A stretch of DNA of 64,000 nucleotides from Polyangiales bacterium (lineage in GTDB: Bacteria; Myxococcota_A; Polyangia; Polyangiales; Polyangiaceae): the NCBI GenBank assembly GCA_038230375.1, contig JBBRNJ010000006.1, positions 32,001 through 96,000 of the forward strand, given 5' to 3'. Below the pieces are notes generated by a model, which saw only the letters and a program-made list of their open reading frames with translations, searched no databases and was not told the origin of the DNA. The translations under genes were made by a program, and so were the position numbers. This document shows, piece by piece, positions 1 through 8,256 of this stretch (position 1 is its first letter; every line of letters starts with the position of its first letter).

Positions 1-142
1 ACTTCAGCTGCGTCTTGCCGACCTGGACGACGAGCGCCTTGGGGTCCGCTTCCTCGTCCGTCCACACCTCGTATTCCGCCGTGCCGGGCGGCGTCTTGAG
101 TGCGGTGGGCTTGTCCTTCGTTCCCAGCTTCTTCGCAGCCAT
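1..142 (-). CDS. Conserved hypothetical protein, DUF6855-like (5' part only; runs off the window)
   Basis: Hand translation from ATG at 142 gives MAAKKLGTKDKPTALKTPPGTAEYEVWTDEEADPKALVVQVGKTQLK. The ATG overlaps the TGA of the upstream SRPBCC gene. The family is recalled from the LKTPPGTxEY...QVGxT motif. Confidence 0.65.
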   Translation of the reverse strand, partial: MAAKKLGTKDKPTALKTPPGTAEYEVWTDEEADPKALVVQVGKTQLK

Positions 143-621
143 CAGTTCTTCCCTTCTGCAGCGCGCTTGAGATCTGCCGCGTACGCCTCGAATGCAGGTG
201 CGAAGTCGGGCAGCGACCCCTTGATCATCGGAACCATCACGCCAGTGAACACCTCCGCCATCCGGAATGTAACGGACCCGTCGTCGTTCGGGGAGAGCGT
301 GAAGGTCCGGACCCCCTTGAACATGGGCGCGAAGCCGTCGCTCCAGCTCATGGAGCGGGAAGGCTGGAACGCGGTGACCTTGAGCTTGAACACGCGCCCG
401 GGAGCGATGGGCGCGCGGAGCTCCAGCGTCTCGCCCAGGGCCACGGTGCCGACCAGGCTCGAGACCGTGCTGTTCCACGAGGGCATGCTCGCCGCATCCG
501 TGAGGAGCGCCCAGATCGTGTCGGCAGATGCGTGTATGTTGCAACTGACCTCGCACGCCATGGAAAAGGTGGCGGAGGACTTCTTGGCTGTGGGGGATTT
601 CTCGGTGATCGTGGCTTCCAT
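142..621 (-). CDS. SRPBCC (START/polyketide cyclase-like) family protein
   Basis: IHASADTIWALLTD...WNST...WSDG...GVRTFTL...EVFTG pattern. Start chosen at ATG 621. Confidence 0.8.
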   Translation of the reverse strand: MEATITEKSPTAKKSSATFSMACEVSCNIHASADTIWALLTDAASMPSWNSTVSSLVGTVALGETLELRAPIAPGRVFKLKVTAFQPSRSMSWSDGFAPMFKGVRTFTLSPNDDGSVTFRMAEVFTGVMVPMIKGSLPDFAPAFEAYAADLKRAAEGKN

Positions 622-736
622 GGCCTGAAGACGACCGGGCATTCGAAAAGGATGCGGCCCTACGCAAAAATTCTCGTCTCGCGGTCTTCCGCCGCATGCG
701 CCAAGCCGGCAGGGCGTTGTCGTGTCAGACTTCAGG

Positions 737-1018
737 ATGGCTTATCGATCTTCGGAACAAGGCATCACGTCACTCATGGAGGAGCAGCGCGAGCTCCGGG
801 CCCTGGAGCGGCAGGCGCACGTGCGGAAGGTGCGGGCAGCACTGACCGTGGTCGCCGCGCTCGGCGCGCTGCTGGGCGCTGTAGGTGTGATCGCCTCGCA
901 GCCTCCACCCGCCCGCTACGTGTGCCGCGAGAGCCGTCGCGAGCACGAGGTCTTCACCTATCCGGGCGGTACCATCCGGCGCCCCGCGGATACGTGGACC
1001 ACCTGCGCGTGGAGGTGA
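737..1018 (+). CDS. Small single-pass membrane hypothetical protein
   Basis: MAYR-type N-terminus, one hydrophobic segment and two Cys in the C-terminal part. Fills the gap between neighbouring genes. Confidence 0.5.
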   Translation: MAYRSSEQGITSLMEEQRELRALERQAHVRKVRAALTVVAALGALLGAVGVIASQPPPARYVCRESRREHEVFTYPGGTIRRPADTWTTCAWR

Positions 1019-1030
1019 CGGCTCCCCGGA

Positions 1031-2011
1031 TCACTTCACAAGGCCCGAGCGGATGACGAGCAGGGAGCCCGTGGCGACCACGACCCACAGCACCACGCCC
1101 TGGATGAGCGGCCGCAGCCCGACCTTCTTCAGGCTTGCGCGCGACATCCCCGTTCCGATCAGGAACAGCGTGATGGTGAGCCCGATGCGACCACCCTTCG
1201 CGAGCCACGGATAGATCGCGTCCAGCGCGGTCACGTACGTGCTCATCACCGCGGCGAGCAGGAAAAAAAGGATGAACCAGGGCCATGGAATCGACTTCAC
1301 GGCCGGGGCCTTGCCGTCCTTGTCCTTCGCGTTCTCCGCGCTCTTCTTTGCGAGGTGCGCCCGCACGCCCGCTGTGGCAAGCGTCAACGGCACGATCCAC
1401 AGCGCGCGTGCGAGCTTCACGGTCGTCGCCACTGTGAGCGCCGTGGTGCCGTACTTCGCGCCCGCGCCAACGACGGAGCTGGTGTCGTGGATCGCGAGCG
1501 CCGCCCACAGGCCGAACTGCGGCTCGGTCAGCTCGAACGCGTGGCCGAGCGGCGGAAAGAGCAGCAGGCCGAGCGCGTTCAACAGGAACACCGTGCCGAT
1601 GGAGACGGACATCTCCTCGTCCGTGGCGTCCACCGCAGGCCCCACAGCGGCGATCGCGCTTCCGCCACAGATCGCAGTGCCGACGGAGATGAGGTACGCC
1701 GCCTTCGTCGGGACGGAGAGCACGCGACCAAGCAGCGTACCCATGCCGAGCGCGAACGCGATGCCCACCATCGTGTAGACGAAGCCGGACTTGCCCGCGT
1801 GCAACACCTCCTCCAGATTCATCGCGAAGCCGAGCGCAACCACGGACAGCTGCAGGAGCACCTTCGAGGCCGTGCGCGAGCCCGCGGCATACGGGTGCGG
1901 CGAGAGCATGCCGAAGGCAACGCCGAGCGTCAGCGCGAGCGGCGGCGACATCCATGGCGAAGGGATCGCCACGAGCAGCAGCAGCACGATGAACACGATG
2001 CGAGGGAGCAT
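1031..2011 (-). CDS. YeiH/UPF0324 putative sulfate exporter family membrane protein
   Basis: GTAICGGSAIAA, IHDTSSVVGA and VKLARALWI motifs; polytopic membrane protein. Confidence 0.9.
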   Translation of the reverse strand: MLPRIVFIVLLLLVAIPSPWMSPPLALTLGVAFGMLSPHPYAAGSRTASKVLLQLSVVALGFAMNLEEVLHAGKSGFVYTMVGIAFALGMGTLLGRVLSVPTKAAYLISVGTAICGGSAIAAVGPAVDATDEEMSVSIGTVFLLNALGLLLFPPLGHAFELTEPQFGLWAALAIHDTSSVVGAGAKYGTTALTVATTVKLARALWIVPLTLATAGVRAHLAKKSAENAKDKDGKAPAVKSIPWPWFILFFLLAAVMSTYVTALDAIYPWLAKGGRIGLTITLFLIGTGMSRASLKKVGLRPLIQGVVLWVVVATGSLLVIRSGLVK

Positions 2012-2137
2012 ATGGATCCGGGAGTGGCGCGTCGCAAGCGCCCACTACTCATAGCCGGTGGGGGTTGTGTCCAGGCGCGTTCTGTGAAGAAATGGTGTCC
2101 AATTTGCGTCGTCCCGGTTTCGAGCGACGCCCGGGGG

Positions 2138-3844
2138 ATGACCATGTCCGAAGAAAAAAGCACGCTGACGTTCGAGCCGCCGGGACCGGGAGTGTGGGAG
2201 CTCGAGACCGTGCACTTCACGAAGCCGATCTGTCGCTTCAGCCAGGCCCCCATGATGGAGGGCTTCGGCGAGGGCTTCTCGGAGGGCACCGCGAAATACG
2301 GAGTCATGCTCGACCGCATGGAGCCGCGCGTGGTGAACGACTTCATCTTCATGCAGCCGCGCCCCTTCGGCGCCCCGCTTGGCGCGAAGGGACCGCCGCC
2401 CAAGCTCATCTTCCAGATCTTGATGCGTGTGGTGCCGAAGATCCGCGCCCGGATCCGCGCGTCGCGCGAGGCGTTCGAGACGAAGCGGTGGCGCAGCGAT
2501 CTGAAGGACTGGGACGACGTCGTGCGCCCCGCGTCCGACAAGAAGCACCGCGAGATCCAGGCCGTGGATCCAAAGTCGCTCTCCGACGAGAAGCTCATCG
2601 ACCATCTGAAGGTCTGCCGCGACCAGTGCCGCGACATGACCAAGCAGCACCACCAGTTCACGATCACCTGCGCGTTGCCGGTCGGTGACATGCTCGCCCA
2701 CGTGCAGGAGTGGACGAAGAAGCCGCTGGGTGAGGTGCTGCAGGTGATGCGCGGCTCCAGCAAGATCTCTCTCGGCGTCGCTGCGAAGGAGATGGATGCG
2801 CTTGCGGCCGCCCTCCGCACGGACGAGGCGGCGAAGGCTTTGCTCACGTCCAAGGGCCCGCCGGATACGATCGTGGAGCGACTGAAGACGCACGAAGGCG
2901 CCGTGGGCGAGGCGATGCGCGCTTACATCGACGCGGTCGGCTTCCGCACGCTCGGCTACGACGTCAGCAGTAAGTCCGCCATCGAGATGCCGGAGATGCT
3001 GGTCTGTGCGATCCAGACGTCCGTCGTGGGTGATCGCGCTGCGGACACCGGCAGCAAGGAGCGCATCGCGAAGCTGCGCGGCGAGATCCCGAAGGAGCAC
3101 CAGGAGGAGTTCGACTCACTCCTGGAGGAGGCGCGCGCCATCAACCGCCTGCGCGACGAACGCGGTCACTACTCCGACGGCTGGGCGACGGGCCTTGCGC
3201 GGCGCGCCCTGCTCGAGGTCGGACGGCGCCTCAAGGAGAAGGGGACGATCGACAATGCGGAGCTGACCGTGGACGCCAGCTTCGAGGAGCTGAGCGACAT
3301 GCTCCTTGGCAAGGACGGCCCCGCGCTCGACGAGCTGAAACGTCGCGCGACGTTCCGCAACACCCGCACCGTCAACGACGCAGACATTCCGCCGTGGCTC
3401 GGCGCAGCGCCGTCCGGTCCGCCGCCGGTCGAGTGGCTTCCCGAGGACGGTCGACGCGCGCAGCGTGCCATGAGCGCCTTCCTTGGCGGTCTCTTCACCG
3501 AGCCCGAACAAAAGCGAACCACCACGACGGTGAACGGACTGCCCGTCAGTCCCGGCATCTACGAAGGGACGGCGCGCCTCGTCGAGGACGAGGCCGACTT
3601 TGCCCGCCTCCAGCAGGGAGACGTGCTGGTCACGCGCGCAACCTCGCCGTACTTCAACGTGGTGCTGCCCATGCTCGGCGCGATCGTGACCGACCGCGGC
3701 GGTCAGCTCTGTCACGCGGCGATCGTGTCGCGTGAGTACGGCATCCCCGGCGTGGTCGGCACCAAGGACGCCACCAAGCTGGTGAAGGACGGCGCGCGTA
3801 TTCGCGTGGATGGAAGCAAGGGTGAGGTCACCGTCCTCGAATGA
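2138..3844 (+). CDS. PEP-utilising enzyme: helical substrate-binding region plus C-terminal phosphohistidine swivel domain (subunit of a split dikinase)
   Basis: C-terminal GDVLVT...GAIVTDRGGQLCHAAIVSREYGIPGVVG...VDGSKGEV. No ATP-grasp domain in this ORF. Start reassigned to ATG 2138 or 2144. Confidence 0.8.
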   Translation: MTMSEEKSTLTFEPPGPGVWELETVHFTKPICRFSQAPMMEGFGEGFSEGTAKYGVMLDRMEPRVVNDFIFMQPRPFGAPLGAKGPPPKLIFQILMRVVPKIRARIRASREAFETKRWRSDLKDWDDVVRPASDKKHREIQAVDPKSLSDEKLIDHLKVCRDQCRDMTKQHHQFTITCALPVGDMLAHVQEWTKKPLGEVLQVMRGSSKISLGVAAKEMDALAAALRTDEAAKALLTSKGPPDTIVERLKTHEGAVGEAMRAYIDAVGFRTLGYDVSSKSAIEMPEMLVCAIQTSVVGDRAADTGSKERIAKLRGEIPKEHQEEFDSLLEEARAINRLRDERGHYSDGWATGLARRALLEVGRRLKEKGTIDNAELTVDASFEELSDMLLGKDGPALDELKRRATFRNTRTVNDADIPPWLGAAPSGPPPVEWLPEDGRRAQRAMSAFLGGLFTEPEQKRTTTTVNGLPVSPGIYEGTARLVEDEADFARLQQGDVLVTRATSPYFNVVLPMLGAIVTDRGGQLCHAAIVSREYGIPGVVGTKDATKLVKDGARIRVDGSKGEVTVLE

Positions 3845-4656
3845 GCGCAGTGTGGCTCACGGAGGTGGATGACGACGCGGCGCACGGCGGAAAAGCGGCG
3901 CAGCTCGGTGCTGCGCTTCGCGCGGGCCTGCCCGTGCCGCCGGGCTTCGCGCTTGCGCATGATCACGTGGACGAGATAGCGCACGTCGACGCGCACGCGG
4001 CGCCCGATCACGTCCTTGCGGCGTTCGCGTCGCTGGGTGGTCCGGTCGCCGTGCGCTCGTCCGCGATCGGCGAGGACGGCGCGGGCGCCAGCTTCGCAGG
4101 GCAGCATGCCACGGTGCTTGGTGTAGCGTGCGCGAAGACGTTGCTCGCGGCGATCCGCAAGGTTCGTGAGTCCGCCCACGCTCCATCCGCACTGGCCTAT
4201 CGCAAGCGCCTTGGCCTGGACGGTCTGCCGAAGATGGGCATCGTCGTGCAGCGCCTCATCAACGCAGACACGGCGGGCGTCCTCTTCACCAGGAACCCGC
4301 TCAGCGGTGACGACGAACGCGTGATCGAGGCTGCGTGGGGCCTGGGCGAGATCGTGGTCGCAGGTCTCGTGACGCCGGATCGTTATCGCATCGCGCGCGA
4401 CGGCAAGATCATCGAGCGTGTCGCAGGGGAGAAGGACATCGCCATTCGCATGCGCTCCGATGGGGGCACGCACGAGGCCCCGGTGGATGACCATCTGGTC
4501 TCCGCGCTCTGCCTCTCCGACGACGACCTCCGGTCCCTGCACGAGCTCGCTCTGCGCTGCGAGACACATGCGAGCGCACCGCAGGACATCGAGTTCGCTT
4601 TTGCCACGGGTCGTCTCTACCTGCTGCAGCGTCGGGCGATCACACGGATGGCCTGA
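3841..4656 (+). CDS. PEP/pyruvate-binding ATP-grasp (PPDK_N) subunit
   Basis: GGKAAQL, VPPGF, VAVRSSAIGEDG..SFAGQH, GVLFTRNP, WGLGEIVV, QDIEFA and LLQRRAIT motifs. ATGA overlap with the previous gene. Confidence 0.85.
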   Translation: MSAVWLTEVDDDAAHGGKAAQLGAALRAGLPVPPGFALAHDHVDEIAHVDAHAAPDHVLAAFASLGGPVAVRSSAIGEDGAGASFAGQHATVLGVACAKTLLAAIRKVRESAHAPSALAYRKRLGLDGLPKMGIVVQRLINADTAGVLFTRNPLSGDDERVIEAAWGLGEIVVAGLVTPDRYRIARDGKIIERVAGEKDIAIRMRSDGGTHEAPVDDHLVSALCLSDDDLRSLHELALRCETHASAPQDIEFAFATGRLYLLQRRAITRMA

Positions 4657-4659
4657 CGG

Positions 4660-5994
4660 GTGCAAGCTTCGGCCACGGCAACTGCCCCGCTCACGACGCG
4701 TGAGCTCGTCGCGCTTGCGCTCTCCATCGCGCTCGTGCCGCTCAACTCCACGATGCTCGCGGTGGCCATGCCGCAGATCGCGCACGACCTCACGGTGAAG
4801 CCCGAGGTGCTCACACAGGCGTTGGTCGCGAGCTACCTGCTCGTCGGCATTGTCCTGCAGAGCCCTGGCGGAAAGCTGGGCGATGGCATCGGTCACGGTC
4901 GCGCGCTCGGCCTGGGCCAGCTCGTGTTCGCAGTGGGTGCGATCATCGGCTTCGTCGGTCGCGCGTTGCTGCCCCTGGAGCTCGCGCGCGGCCTCATGGC
5001 AGCTGGCGGCGCGGTCATGGTCCCGAGTGCGTTCGCCCTCGTGCGTTCGCGCGCGCCCGCCAATGCGCAAGCGAAGGCGTTCGGTGCATTCGGCGCAGTC
5101 ATGGGCGTTGCCGCGGCCATCGGCCCGCTTGTCGGCGGTGAGATCGTCGCGCGTCTTGGCTGGCCAGCGCTCTTCGCAGTCAACGCACCGCCCGTGCTCA
5201 TCGCGGCGTTCCTTTCAAGGGGTAAGGGCGCGGAGTCGAAGCGCGCGATGCCGAAGTTCGATCTGCTGGGCAGCGCGCTCCTGGGCGTCGGACTGTTGCT
5301 CGTTGTGATCGGATTGCGGTCGCGGGGCTTCGTGTTGGCTGGCGTCGGCGCGCTCGTTGTCGTGCTCTTCTTCGCCTGGGAGAGACGCGCGAAGGATCCC
5401 GTCATCGACCCTTCGCTGTTCAAGAACCGCGCGTTCGCAACGGGCGTGCTGGTGGTGGGGCTGCAGAACCTGGCGATGTACGCGCTGATCTTCGAGCTTC
5501 CGCTGGTGCTCTCGGGCGCCTTCGACGCAGGGGCCAAGACGAATGGCCGTACGTTGCTCGCGCTCACGCTCGCCATGGTTTTCGGCTCCGTGACCAGCAG
5601 TCGCGTTGTCAGCCGGCTCACGGAGCGTGGCTGCGCGATGCTCGGCGGATCGATCGCGCTCACGGGGATGATCGTCCTTGCGACGAAGCCGCTTCACGGA
5701 CCCGGAGATCTGTTCTGGGGCCTGCTGCCGCTGGGCCTGGGCATCGGCCTCTCCACGCCGGCCCTTCAGGCAACGGCCATGGCCGCCGTGGACAAGAGCA
5801 AGAGCGGAATGGCCGCGGGGGTCTCGTCCACGGCGCGGTATCTCGGCGGCGTGCTGGGCGTCGGCATCGTCTCGTCGCTGCTGGGCGCAGGGGACGTGCT
5901 CGCGGCGCACCGGAAGGCGACCTTCACGCTGGCGCTGGTCCTTGCTGCGGCCGTGGCCGGGGCAACGCTGCTGCCCAGGCGCGAGAAGGCGTAG
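4660..5994 (+). CDS. MFS transporter, DHA2/EmrB-like drug exporter
   Basis: LNSTMLAVAMP, GGKLGDGIGH, GPLVGG and DPVIDPSLF motifs; about 14 hydrophobic segments. Confidence 0.85.
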   Translation: MQASATATAPLTTRELVALALSIALVPLNSTMLAVAMPQIAHDLTVKPEVLTQALVASYLLVGIVLQSPGGKLGDGIGHGRALGLGQLVFAVGAIIGFVGRALLPLELARGLMAAGGAVMVPSAFALVRSRAPANAQAKAFGAFGAVMGVAAAIGPLVGGEIVARLGWPALFAVNAPPVLIAAFLSRGKGAESKRAMPKFDLLGSALLGVGLLLVVIGLRSRGFVLAGVGALVVVLFFAWERRAKDPVIDPSLFKNRAFATGVLVVGLQNLAMYALIFELPLVLSGAFDAGAKTNGRTLLALTLAMVFGSVTSSRVVSRLTERGCAMLGGSIALTGMIVLATKPLHGPGDLFWGLLPLGLGIGLSTPALQATAMAAVDKSKSGMAAGVSSTARYLGGVLGVGIVSSLLGAGDVLAAHRKATFTLALVLAAAVAGATLLPRREKA

Positions 5995-6006
5995 CATCGG
6001 ACCCGT

Positions 6007-7227
6007 ATGACGAAGGTCCGGCTTGGTGTGCGGGAGAACCTGGCGCAGTTCTCCCTGCTCGTGCTCGTCAACGCGTTCGTCGGAGCCATGGTCGGCATGG
6101 AGCGCGCGCTGCTCCCGCAGATCGCGGAGCAGGAGCTCCATCTCGTGGCAAGGACCGCGGTCCTCTCGTTCATCGTCGTCTTCGGCGTGACCAAGGCGAT
6201 CACGAACTATCTGGCCGGCCGCCTCTCCGACCGGTTCGGAAGGAAGCACGTGCTTGTCGGTGGGTGGCTCGTCGCTGCACCCGTTCCGTTTCTGTTGATG
6301 TGGGCGCCGTCGCTCCCGTGGATTCTCGTCGCCAATGCGTTCCTCGGCGTCAGCCAGGGCCTCACGTGGTCGACAACCGTGATCATGAAGATCGATCTCG
6401 CGGGTCCCAGAAACCGCGGGCTCGCGATGGGCCTCAACGAGTTCGCCGGCTACTTCGCGGTAGGCGCCAGCGCGCTGGCGACCGGGTTCATCGCTGCGCG
6501 CTACGGCCTTCGTCCGCAGCCGTTCTATCTGGGCGTCGTGTTCGTCGCGCTCGGGCTCACGCTGTCGGCCGTCGCCGTGCGAGAGACCAGGCAACATCTC
6601 CAGGTAGAAGCGAAGCACGTAGATGCCCCAGCAGAAGGCATGCCCACGCAACGGGAGATCTTCCTCCGCACCGCCCTGCGCGATCGGAACCTCTCCTCCG
6701 TCACGCAGGCCGGTCTGGTGAACAACCTGAACGACGGAATGGCATGGGGCATGTTCCCGCTGCTGTTCGCTGCCGCCGGGATGAGCCTGGAGCGGATCGG
6801 CACGCTCGCGGCGATCTATCCAGCAACGTGGGGGCTCACGCAGCTCGTGACGGGCGCGTTGTCGGATCGCATAGGTCGCAAGTGGCTCATCGCGTGCGGC
6901 ATGTGGACGCAGGCGCTGGGCATTGGCGTGGTGATCCTGTCCGCGACCTTCGGGGGCTTCGCCACGGGGTCCGTGGTGCTCGGCGTGGGGACCGCGATGG
7001 TCTACCCGACCTTGCTCGCGGCCATCGGTGACGTCGCTCACCCGGCGTGGCGCGCGTCGTCCGTCGGCGTTTACCGCCTATTTCGCGATATGGGCTACGC
7101 GTTCGGTGCACTGCTCGCAGGTGTGGTCGCGGACGCCTTCGGGCTCGCACCCGCCATGTGGGTCGTCGCGGCGCTCACGTTTGCTTCGGGCCTCGTCGTG
7201 GCCGCGCGAATGAGCGAGACTCGCTGA
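6007..7227 (+). CDS. MFS transporter (12-TM)
   Basis: GRLSDRFGRK and GALSDRIGRK MFS signature motifs. Confidence 0.9.
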   Translation: MTKVRLGVRENLAQFSLLVLVNAFVGAMVGMERALLPQIAEQELHLVARTAVLSFIVVFGVTKAITNYLAGRLSDRFGRKHVLVGGWLVAAPVPFLLMWAPSLPWILVANAFLGVSQGLTWSTTVIMKIDLAGPRNRGLAMGLNEFAGYFAVGASALATGFIAARYGLRPQPFYLGVVFVALGLTLSAVAVRETRQHLQVEAKHVDAPAEGMPTQREIFLRTALRDRNLSSVTQAGLVNNLNDGMAWGMFPLLFAAAGMSLERIGTLAAIYPATWGLTQLVTGALSDRIGRKWLIACGMWTQALGIGVVILSATFGGFATGSVVLGVGTAMVYPTLLAAIGDVAHPAWRASSVGVYRLFRDMGYAFGALLAGVVADAFGLAPAMWVVAALTFASGLVVAARMSETR

Positions 7228-8169
7228 ATGAGCTCGCTCCAGGACCACATCGGCAACACACCGCTCGTCGCGCTCGCGCGTATCGGCGCTGGCCTCCAGG
7301 TTCCGGTGCTCGTGAAGTGCGAGCACATGAACCCCGGCGGATCCATCAAGGATCGCATTGCCCTCGCCATCGTCGACGACGCGGAGGCGCGCGGCGTTCT
7401 TCGGCCCGGCATGACGTTGATCGAAGCGACCGCGGGCAATACGGGCGTCGGGCTCGCCCTCATTGCGGCCGCGCGTGGCTACGATCTCGTGTGCGTGATG
7501 CCCGAGAAGATGTGTGTCGACAAACGGGTAGCGCTCGCGTCGCTCGGCGCGCGCGTCGTGATTGTTCCGAACGCGCCGCCAGCCTCCCCCGAGAACTTCC
7601 GGAATGCCGCACGCCGCATGGCGGAAGAGCACGGCTACTTCTTGACGGACCAGTTCCGCAATCCCGCGAACGTGCTGGTTCACGCGCGAACCACGGCCGA
7701 GGAGATCCTGGCGCAGACAGGCGGTCGGGTCGGTGCCTTCGTGGCGGGCGCGGGAACAGGCGGTACCATCAGCGGCGTCGGGCGCCGCTTGAAGGAGGTG
7801 CTTCCCGCTGTTCGCATCATCCTCGCGGACCCCGTCGGATCTGGTCTTGCGGACTGGGTCGAGAGCGGCACGCTCGGCAAGGACGGCGCGTACGCCGTGG
7901 AGGGGATCGGCGGCAGCGACGTGCCGGAGAACCTGCATCGCGACGTGATCGACGCCGCTGAGCGCGTGAGCGACGAGGAGAGCTTCGCGATGGTGAAGCG
8001 CCTCGTGCGAGAAGAGGGACTGCTCGTGGGTGGCTCCGCCGGAACCAACGTGGTGGCCGCGCTCCGCGTCGCAGCGCGCGGAGGTCTTGCCGGGCCGGTC
8101 GTGACGGTGCTCCCGGACTCGTGGGATCGCTATCGCGCGAAGCCGTGGATGCAGTCCTGGACGTCGTAG
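7228..8169 (+). CDS. PLP-dependent cysteine synthase/cystathionine beta-synthase family protein
   Basis: IGNTPLV, NPGGSIKDR (PLP Lys), EATAGNTG, GAGTGGT and EGLLVGGSAG motifs. Confidence 0.9.
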   Translation: MSSLQDHIGNTPLVALARIGAGLQVPVLVKCEHMNPGGSIKDRIALAIVDDAEARGVLRPGMTLIEATAGNTGVGLALIAAARGYDLVCVMPEKMCVDKRVALASLGARVVIVPNAPPASPENFRNAARRMAEEHGYFLTDQFRNPANVLVHARTTAEEILAQTGGRVGAFVAGAGTGGTISGVGRRLKEVLPAVRIILADPVGSGLADWVESGTLGKDGAYAVEGIGGSDVPENLHRDVIDAAERVSDEESFAMVKRLVREEGLLVGGSAGTNVVAALRVAARGGLAGPVVTVLPDSWDRYRAKPWMQSWTS

Positions 8170-8256
8170 GTCGCTCCGCCCGACCTTGGTGCTTTGAGAC
8201 GCGCGCGGGTCGACTCCGGGGTTTCGTGTGATGCTCTTTCGCGGTAGGGAGGAGCC

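Noticed and set aside
1355..2137. Long N-terminal extensions in the ORF track (e.g. 1355, 15250, 29891, 48819, 54588, 55933 starts)
   Set aside because: They overlap neighbouring real genes. Recognisable domains begin at the downstream starts used above.
5215..7041. Long antisense and alternate-frame Arg/Ala-rich ORFs throughout the window
   Set aside because: They are shadow ORFs expected from high GC3 codon bias, lying opposite well-supported genes and lacking motifs.
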